Assembly (NCBI RefSeq): GCF_009914755.1
Contig: NC_060936.1
Reading direction: 5' to 3' (one strand)
Length of the DNA stretch: 64,000 nucleotides
Origin: the human T2T-CHM13v2.0 reference genome, Homo sapiens
Positions 53,030 through 64,000 of the stretch are shown here, piece after piece. Below the pieces are notes generated by a model, which was not told the DNA's origin, did no database searches, and saw only the letters and a program-made list of their open reading frames with translations. The translations under genes and the position numbers were made by a program. Within the stretch, counting starts at the first letter, position 1. Every line of letters begins with the position of its first letter.

Positions 53030-55350
53030 TATCCACAAAGACAAAATGCAAAGATATGTGCACAAAGATTCTCATTGTAGCATTATCCAATGAAATAGTC
53101 AAAGAATTGGAACTGCCTAATGTTTGACAATAGTGGAGATGATAAGTAAAATAAAAATGTACCACCTGATTTAATATTATGCAGCCACTAAAGCAATAAT
53201 TATAAAGACTATGGAATAACAAAGAAGCATACTTAAAATATTTTAAGTGAAAGGAGCTGAGTATAAAACTGTATCTCTATTATGGCTATAACTATGTAAA
53301 ATTATATAGGTAGAGAGAGATTGGAAGGGAACACAAAAATGCAGTAAAAGGTGAATTTGGCTGTAGTTGTAAATTATTTATTCTTACTTTCATCCATGCT
53401 TTTATTAGTATAATCCAGGGAGGGGTTAGGTAGAATTCCAAGCAGAGTATAGAACCAGTATAGATGCTCAGGTTGAAAGAAAGTTGCATGTAGGGTCATG
53501 ACAACTCAACATGTTCCAAATAGACATCTTCTTTTCCCCAGATCCTTCCCTTTTGCTAGGGAAAGACATTATCATTCATCCAATTCCCTGCAGTGCAAAC
53601 TTGGGAGTCATCCTAGATACTTTCATTGAACATCCACATCTAATCAGACACGTAATGGTGATTCTAATTCTGAAACTGCCTGCAAGTCAGTCCTTATATC
53701 TCCTTCCCCTTTGCTATTGTCTTAGATCAGGCCCACATCAATTCTTATCTAGATATACTTTTCCTCTACCCCTACATACCTCTCCTCTTTCCCCAGTTTT
53801 TCCAGTGTTACCAGACTAGAGTTCCCAAATAGAAATCTGATGATGTCACTTTCCTTCTTGAAGTTCCTCAGCGACTCCCTTTAGGCTAGTTAGGAAAATG
53901 GATAGCTCTTCGACAAGGCTGAAGGCCTTATTTCATATGACCTTGCCCCCCATCTCCAGGTATTAAATCTATAACAAGCCACGCTGCTTCAGACGTCAAA
54001 GTTTTGCATTCACTGCTCTCTCCACCTGGAATATAGTCACCACCCTCTCACACGTCTTTATTTGCCCCTCACACTTAATTAATACATAGTTTGCCTATAG
54101 AATTCCAAGTTGGACATCTTTTCCCTTTCAAACCTTAAAAGCATAGCTCCACTGTCTTCTTACTTTAGAGATGCAGATGGGAAGTCTGATGCCATTTTGA
54201 TTTCTGATTCTTTGTAGATGGCTTGTTTTTATGTTTTGGGGTTTTTCCCCCTTCTTTCCCTGAAAGCTTTTAAGGTTTTATCCCTGGTGATAAAAAATAT
54301 CACTGTGATATATCCTGGTGTGGGACTTTTTTCATTCATTTTGCTAGAGATCTTGTGAATCTTTCAATCGAGAAACTAATTTCCTTTAGAAGTGGGGAAA
54401 TTTATGATTCCCTTGGTAATTTCTTCCATTCCTTTTTCTCTATTCATTCTTTCTTGAACTCCTCCTCTTTGGATATCAGATCCCCTGGATTGCTACCTTA
54501 ATCTTTCTGTCTTTATTTTTCTATTTTTCCAATCTTTGTTATTTATTTTATTTACTAGATTTCCTCAATATACCCTTCTAAATATTTATTGACTTTAAGA
54601 CATTCTTCCAAAATTGTATTTTTAATTTCCAAGAGCTGTTCTCCATCCTCTCAATGCTCCGTTTAAAAAAATTAATCCATCTGTTCTTAATTTACGGATG
54701 AACTGTCTTTATGAGACTATGAGGGAGAGTTTCATTTCTGTTTGCTGATTTAGGTTTTACCTCATATTCCCTGCATCATTTCTGTTTCCTAGAGATCCCC
54801 TTTTCTGTTGATCTGTTTTGGTTTCTCTGCTCATGTGAGAGGTTTCCCACATGTATCTGTTGAGTTTTGAATGTCTATTCCTATCTCAAAGTGAGACACT
54901 GAAAAAAGTTGATGAGAGGCTCTGTGATTGTGTGTTTGTGGGGTGTGTGTTTGGACTGGCGGTGGTTGGTGTTTGTTGAATGAAGAGCTTTGCTTCAGGG
55001 TGAGTGGACCTGTGCAAACATTAGTGTCTTTAGGGTGTTTTCTCTTGGGTTTGCTATGTTTCCTACAGAGGAACAAACACTCTATTCTTATATCCTGGGG
55101 ATAAAAGGAGATATCTTGGTTGTATAAGCCCTACTACCAGCACACTGGGAGGTGATCAGAGAAAGGGGGTTGGGGAATCTCATCATCCCCAGTGTGGAAT
55201 TCCTCTGTATTCAGTGTGGCAACTCTTTCTCCCATTCAGCTTGCTGATTCCTGGTTGCTGATACCTACTTCCCTGAGTTTTTCTGGGGTGTGGCCTACTC
55301 ATTGATCTTCTTCATAAGCATTTCTATTTCACTTTTCTGCAATGTCAGCT
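53030..55350. mobile_element. Old L1M and L2 fragments
   Basis: L1ME-like 3' piece at about 53030-53400 (+), L2 at about 53490-54050, and antisense L1M at about 54080-55350 (gggaagtctgatgccattttgatttctgattctttgtag). Confidence 0.5.
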
Positions 55351-55363
55351 AGCACATATCCAT

Positions 55364-55721
55364 CTGTTTAGTACATTTTCTGTTGTCATAACAGAACACC
55401 ATAAACTGGGTAAATTACAAACAATGGGAGTTTATTTGGCTCATAATTCTGGAGGCTGGGAAGTCCAAGAGAATGGCACCAGCATCTGGCCAGGGTCTTG
55501 TCATGATGGAAGGTGGAAGCAAGCATGAGAGACAGAGCAGGAGGGGCCAGGCTAGCTTTTATAAATCACCTGCTGTTGTGGTAACTGACTAGCTCCTGAG
55601 ATAACTGTATTCATCCATTCATGAGGGCAGAGACCTCATGACCCAGTTGTCTCTTATTAGGCCTTACCACCCACCACTGTTGCACCATATGAATTTTGGA
55701 GGACACTTTCAAACCATAGCA
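55364..55721 (-). mobile_element. MST/MLT1A-type MaLR solo LTR
   Basis: ataacagaacaccataaactgggtaa...ttctggaggctgggaagtccaaga...cattcatgagggcagag.cctcatgacc...tttcaaaccatagca. Confidence 0.85.
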
Positions 55722-55893
55722 TCATACTCTTTCCATTTTCCAAAATTTTGCTGATAAGCCTTATATACTGTTGTCTCCATTTTCTCTCTTTGTCCTTGTG
55801 TGTATGTTTTGTTTTTGTTTTTACATTTTACTTAAAAATTTTTCTTTACTGTTATTCTGGCCAAGTTTGAGTGGTGATGGTGATAAGTAAGTG

Positions 55894-55895
<2 letters not shown>

Positions 55896-55933
<38 letters not shown>
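55896..55933. repeat. (TG)n microsatellite, about 19 units
   Basis: Read directly from the sequence. Confidence 0.95.
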
Positions 55934-55935
<2 letters not shown>

Positions 55936-56326
55936 CAATTTACCATGTTCTATGAACCCTTTCTTGGTAGGCCAGGGGCAAGTCTGCTATAGGCCTGATG
56001 CTGCAGTTAGGAGGTATATAGTTGTGGTACAGCAAGAATTTCTTGTTTGCTAAATAGGCAGACTTGTGGGTGACGACACAGTCCCTTCCACAACCTAAAA
56101 GTTTAAATGTCTGAGAACCTGGGGTTCTGAATCCTCTGACCTCACAGTTTCTTCTCACCAAGCACAGTGAGCTTCAGGGACACCACTTGAGCAACTAGCA
56201 ATGCATCAGGAGCAGCTTGTGCTCACCTGTACCTTCGATTTTGTGCGATCATTGTCCTGTTAGTTTGAAGTTTTGGTAGTCAACAAAGGGAATGAAACAA
56301 ACAGAGTCTCTATTATCTTTCAGCTT

Positions 56327-57540
<1,214 letters not shown>

Positions 57541-57656
57541 TTAACTTCACACTCTTAGGAAAAAGAATTGACTGCTATGTATGTTTTTGTTTCCTTTATG
57601 CCTTGGTTATGTTCTACTCCAAAACATCTAAGATTTATAAGATTTATTAGTTTTCA

Positions 57657-58000
<344 letters not shown>

Positions 58001-60120
58001 AAACTGAATCATCTCCATCATTGCATTCCTAGTAACACAACTGTCACATAATAGATGCTTAATATTTATTTGTTGAATTAATGAATTCAGAGATCAGTGG
58101 CATATCAGGTGAAATATATAAAATCAGTTTGTCGTTTTGGTCATTTGCAATGACTTATAGAAAAATCAATATTGAAGGTTCCTATTAGAAAAGCAAGTAC
58201 TCTTCAATGATTAGACAGCCTACAGTGATTCCTTTTTCTCAACAAGAATTAGTCTCTGTTTCTGTTTTTTATTTTGTTTCTACATCTGTGTAAAGATTTA
58301 TTTTATTCTGCTTGGATTATATATAGTTAGCTATCCATCTGCCCTTATAAGTTTATAAGCTATTTGAGGGTAGAGGCCGTACCAATTATCTCTGCCTTCT
58401 CATAGTGCAAAGAACAATGCACATATACAGTGAATTCAATCCATGTTTGCAGAATTATATTAAACTGTCCTGAATTTGTCACATATGCAAAGGTGGAATA
58501 CATGCTGGTGAGTATGTGAGATTGTTAGTGGGCAAGGGAAGAAAATTAGCAGGGATTTGCTGTTTGCTCTGAATTACTTTACTTATATAAATAGATCAAC
58601 TGAAGTTTTAGCATACTGAGCAGGCTCTGATTTCATACTCCTCCTTATTCCTTATCTTACACAAATAACTTTTCTATGGTGCCAAGTAACAAGGGATTGG
58701 CATACAAATCAGTAACATGTCAATATGCTTTATGAAAAATTGATACATAGTCCTTACCAAAACAGTCAATAATTTAAATACACTAAGAACTATTATCCTG
58801 ACACATATTATCAGATTTACATAGAATTAATTTTCTATTTATTTTAGGATGACAACACAGACATATCCAATTTTTTCTTTTACTTCTCAAAAAGAGCAAA
58901 TTATGCAAAGCTATTGCTGATGGATCCTTCAAAATGTTGAATGACAAGGAGGATAAAATGACTCTAAAGTTCTAGAAAGATCAGTCCATGTACAAAAACT
59001 ATACGAAATCAATGGCATGATTCAACTCTCAAGTATCCTATGGCATGCTCTATGTGGTGCAAACACAGAATCTAGTGGCATTGAACAGATATTTCTGGAG
59101 CAATGTTATAAAGTTCCTTCAAACATTTAGTAACTATATTTATTTTAATCACTTTAATACCAGGGATGCATATAGGTGCTTAAAATAATACAAATGGCAC
59201 CTATATGATACAAGTCATTGAGCAGTGAAAATGATTTCCCAAACTGCAAATAGGCAGGATAACAAATATATTTCACTTTGAAAATTTGAGTCACCACGGA
59301 ATAATTTAGTGGTGATGATAAAAACATTAAACTTCAAATACAGGGTCTAAGGTTTAATCGGATTTCTGAAAATAGCTAATAGCACAATCTATAAAGTGCC
59401 AAAAAGAAAAAAATATGTATAATATGAATTTTGGATCAGGGTATGAGCTGCTAGGAAAAAGCATGAGACAGGAACAAATATTAGTAATCTGAAGATGAGT
59501 AATAAATTGAATACTTGAATTTAAAGGCTTCTGGAAGTTTTAGCATCTAAAGATGCTAAAAGATGGAGGACAACTCAGGTCAAGACTGTAGAAAAGTACG
59601 TAAGCCCTTGAGTGAGGCATAGATCAGGCGAGAGCAACAGGATACCATGATCCCAAGGCTGTGAGTGTCATTCACGTGCTAGACTCTGCTTGTACGCTCT
59701 AACCTGTGAAATTTTCTCTTCTTTCTCAAGTCTGTATTCCTCCCTGTACCTAAACATGGCTTGCCAACTGGTGCACACCTCTGGATCCTTATATAATTTC
59801 TTATATTTGCTTACCCCAGTTTGTGTTTTCTAGCTTGGTTACTTGACTCAAATTACTTGATTCACAATTGCTTGCTACATTTGGTGGGTTTATGTTAGCT
59901 TATACTTTAAGCCCATGAAATCTTTAGTAACTCAAAAGAAAAGGTTTAATTCCTTCCTGGGTAGACCAAAGATTGCAGAATTCGAAATTTTGTCATTGAT
60001 GACAAAGGGGTAATTTGAATACATTTTGAACAAGAGTTGTATTCTCTGGGGGGAATTTAGCCAGATAAAATGCAATATATTTCTTTGAGTAATTTTAATT
60101 CTCAATGATGTAGAATGAAA

Positions 60121-60347
60121 TTTTCTTTTTTTTTTTTTTGAGATAGAGTCTCACTGTCGCTCAGCCTCCCGAGTAGCTGGGACTACAGGCGCCCACCACC
60201 ACGCCCGGCTAATTTTGTTTCTGTATTTTTAGTAAAGACAGGGTTTCACCGTGTTAGCCAGGATGGTCTCGATCTCCTGACCTCGTGTTCTGCCTGCCTT
60301 GGCCTCCCAAAGTGCTGGGATTACAGGTGTGAACTGCTGTGCCCGGC
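60121..60347 (-). mobile_element. AluY/Sc-like element with a large right-arm deletion
   Basis: gagtctcactgtcgc|tcagcctcccgagtagctgggactacagg...gtgttagccaggatggtctcgatctcctgacctcgtg. Confidence 0.9.
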
Positions 60348-60779
60348 AGAAAAATAATTTTTATCTCTTCTCGGACTGATTCTCGAGCTGTGAAAATGGA
60401 TGGAAAATAAGGTTTTATAAGTCAACTTTTTACAGTGAAAAATCAACAAAATATTCTGTCATTATCTTCCTTTACATTTTCCAACATCAGCTTCATTTCT
60501 TGGTTTCAGGGATGCTTTACTTTTTTAAATCCTCCCCACCCCTAAGTAACCTCTCCCAATTGTCTTCCAAATACTATCCATGATTGCATTCCCTGTTCTT
60601 TCTCTCCAGTTTTGTTTGTCCTTTGCTTATCTTATTTACTCTTGTAGCTTCTATCATCACCCTTTTAGTGATGGCTCAAATCTATATTTTCGACCTTTTC
60701 AAAGTTCCAGGCACCTATTTCCACTGCCTGCCAAATATCCTTATGTCTAAATCCACCTATATTTAAAATTTAGTATTTC

Positions 60780-60985
60780 ACATGGACACAAAGAAGGAAA
60801 CAACAGACACCGGTGTCAGCTTGCAGGTGGAGAGCGGGAAGAGAGTGAGGATAGAAAAACGAATCAGGTACTATGGTTATTACCTGGGTGATGAAATAAT
60901 CTGTACAGCAAATCCCCGTGACATGCAATTTACTCATGTAACAAACCTGCACGTGTATTCCCTGAATCTAAAATAAAAGTCGGAA
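60780..60985 (+). mobile_element. Short 3' end of an older L1PA (PA13-16-like)
   Basis: catggacacaaagaaggaaacaacagacac...tacctgggtgatgaaataatctgtaca...acaaacctgcacgtgta.ccctgaatctaaaataaaagt. Confidence 0.85.
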
Positions 60986-61469
60986 GGGAAAGGAAAAAGA
61001 AAATGATATTATGGGTAACTCTGCTTTCTGGCTAACTTAAACTCGGATATAGGTACTGCCCAGTCTTTCAGGAGTCTGACAAATTTGGCATTCCTCAAAT
61101 TTGTGCCAAACTCCTTAGAAATGCCGATTGAAAAGGTATAAAATTGGGTCAGAAACATCAAAGTAAGAATCTGAGGCCATTTTTTTTTTCTCTGATAAAG
61201 TTTGATTCTGTTAATATTTGCCCTTCTAGGTATTTTTTTCTTTTCCAGCCATGTTTTCCTATGCCATCGTTTTAGTTTCCAATACTGCTGCAACTGTGCT
61301 TTTAAAATATCAAAATTTTGTATTCACATATTAGTTCCTTTTTATTTTGTAATAAACTGTTTACCAACTAATATAATTTAATAGAAAAGCCCTGTAAGTT
61401 TATTAAACTATTTCCAAAGGAAAAAAAAATTAACACATCTCAGATACAGCAGCAACAACAACTTTTGTA

Positions 61470-61670
61470 TAGCACTTTACAATTCACAATGTGCTTTCAA
61501 CTTACATTATCTCATTGAATCCTCACAGCAACCAGAATTGAGGTAGGTATTTTTGCCAATTTACAAGTGAGGTAACTGAGGCTCAAAAGTTCCAGGACCT
61601 TTAAAGATATCCACAGCAAACGATTGGTAAAGACGGACCATAAAACCAGATCTTTTGACGCATAGTCCCA
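61470..61670 (-). mobile_element. MIR SINE
   Basis: attatctcattgaatcctcacagcaacc...gaggtaggtatt...tttacaagtgaggtaactgaggctc. Confidence 0.75.
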
Positions 61671-63306
61671 TTTAATGCCAAGTGTTTATTTCTCAATGTA
61701 GAATTATACAATATAATATTAAAGATAAAAGGTCTTACAACTGATCCAACTTTTCAAAAATGGAAGCTTTTATAAGGAAAAATTTAATTTCTTCGATTTA
61801 TATGAAAATTCATGACTTGTTCAGTTTTAAAATTAATTTGGCCAACACTGCCATGACTTTAGTCTCTCTCTTTCGGAAGTACTGATAAATTATATAGCTT
61901 TCCGTTTGTTTTAGGATCACAGAAAATCCTCTACTGAAGAACACATAGGTAGGATCTGTGAATCTGAACACTAATTCAAATTCCATCCCTCCTTGACCTA
62001 CCAGCAAATGCACTAAGAAAATAAAGTCTGTTTTCTATAGGAGATAGCAGCAGAACATAGGTTATAAGCAGTCACACTATGCGAACAATTAGTTTCTTCA
62101 CAACTCAAAGAGAGGAAAGGCATTATACTAAACCTCTATTGAGCTTCGGGTGCCCCAAACTAACAGGCATATTGCATTTTACATGGATGGATTTGTTACC
62201 ACAATCATGACCAAAGAGCAGTTACAAGGCATCCTCTTGTGGTACTAGTACAAAACAAATAGAGAATGTGGCCTTTACCCTAGAGCAGCTTGCTGAAGTC
62301 TCTTCTAAGGTCTGCCACTTCTAGATCACGGCTCTTGTCACAAAACAATGATATGGAACTTGACACAAGTAAAGAAAACAAAGGAAAACAGGCCACCAAA
62401 TAACTACCATATAACCAGCTAAAATAGAATAATTACAAAGTGAACAGGGACACAGAAGAGGAAGAATATAAACAGTTTCCTGATTAGTGCCACAGTGTGG
62501 CATGGCTAGAGCACTAAGAAACAACTAAAGCTAACAAACCGGTTTGGCACAGAACCAAGAGGGAGGGTTGTTCTTTCTCAGTTAACCTTTATATTGGTGG
62601 TGCACCTAAGAGATAGCATCGCATCAGCAATAGCTCATAATAAAAAAAAAATCATGGAATGAAATTGATGTATGCTCAGGATCAGAAGAACCAACAATAT
62701 TTGGCCATTAGCAGTTTAGTCACATGTACACAAAGATTATATCACATACAAACACTTAGTCTAAGTCATATATCACCAAGCTAACAGAAAAAGAATAGCA
62801 ATTCCAAACATTTTGCAAAAAATTAAACTTTGCAAAAAATTAAATTAGTAAAAAAAAGAACCATGCAATTTTACATGTTTGGTGCTTGTTTTCAAGCTGC
62901 TACCAAATTTAGAAAATCACTTCCCTTTATAACAAAGGGCTTTCAGAATCTAAATATCAAATGAAATTCTAGCATTTAGAGTTTATTAGACACATGCAAT
63001 CACATTCAATGAAATTATGAGTGAGCTACAAAATGGAAAATTAAGAACTCACCATGATAAAACCTCAAATACATCTCAGAATAAATTCAACCTTTTTAGT
63101 TTAACATCTATATCTTTATCAACTTTTTAATGCAGAAGGACCCATTAAACACTTAGGTAATAAAATTCAGTGTTCTATGCTAAACGAAGAGAATTTTATA
63201 GTCCACATCATGATTTATAGTTACATTATCACATTTCTTCCACAATGCTTACATTACTTCACATTATAATAATTATTAAGCTATTGATATGAAGCAGAAC
63301 ACTTCC

Positions 63307-63803
<497 letters not shown>

Positions 63804-64000
63804 TAATGCTTTTTTTTTCACATTAGAATCAACTGGGAAGCTTTTATTTTTCTCCCAGATTTATTGAGATATACTTAATAGATATAAAATGTAAAATTCT
63901 ATAATTTTTTTAAAAAATCAGTATTTTCTTAAAATTTCAATGTTATGTCCCTGAAACAAGAACGATCTCAGTCATCTTTGACTATGCTTTCTCCTCAGCC

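Noticed and set aside
61170-61400. Poly-A tail and second TSD of the BRWD1 retrocopy
   Set aside because: ctaggtatttttttc (about 61226) only loosely resembles ctaatgctttttttttc (63803), and no clean tail with a nearby AATAAA is visible. The 3' end is left unresolved.
62812-62844. 17-bp-period tandem duplication tttgcaaaaaattaaa
   Set aside because: Ordinary two-copy slippage. Useful only as a marker against the parent 3'UTR.

Overview
Human (hominid) genomic DNA, AT-rich and dense in repeats. I can see no intact protein-coding gene, tRNA/rRNA or CRISPR array. Almost all listed ORFs are chance or repeat-derived. The window is a mosaic of Alu, L1 (PA/PB/MA/MB/ME), L2, MIR, MaLR LTRs (THE1, MST, MLT1), MER34, Tigger/Charlie DNA-transposon fossils and microsatellites. 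It holds one young 5'-truncated SVA (10974-11769, minus strand). At the right end is a minus-strand processed pseudogene of BRWD1 (63307-63803). It copies the short, intron-terminated 120-codon isoform, has lost its ATG and carries three in-frame stops, but keeps a CpG-rich 5' end and two alternative ORFs. I found no convincing new multi-gene system. The best leads are the BRWD1 retrocopy's possible promoter and micro-ORFs, a perfect 135-bp duplication that makes a three-arm Alu, the probably human-specific SVA, PU.1/IRF/RUNX motif clusters in repeat-free DNA, two hairpin-type inverted repeats in TA-rich DNA, and target-site microhomologies at truncated retrotransposons. Repeat subfamily calls come from recalled consensus sequences and need RepeatMasker/Dfam confirmation.
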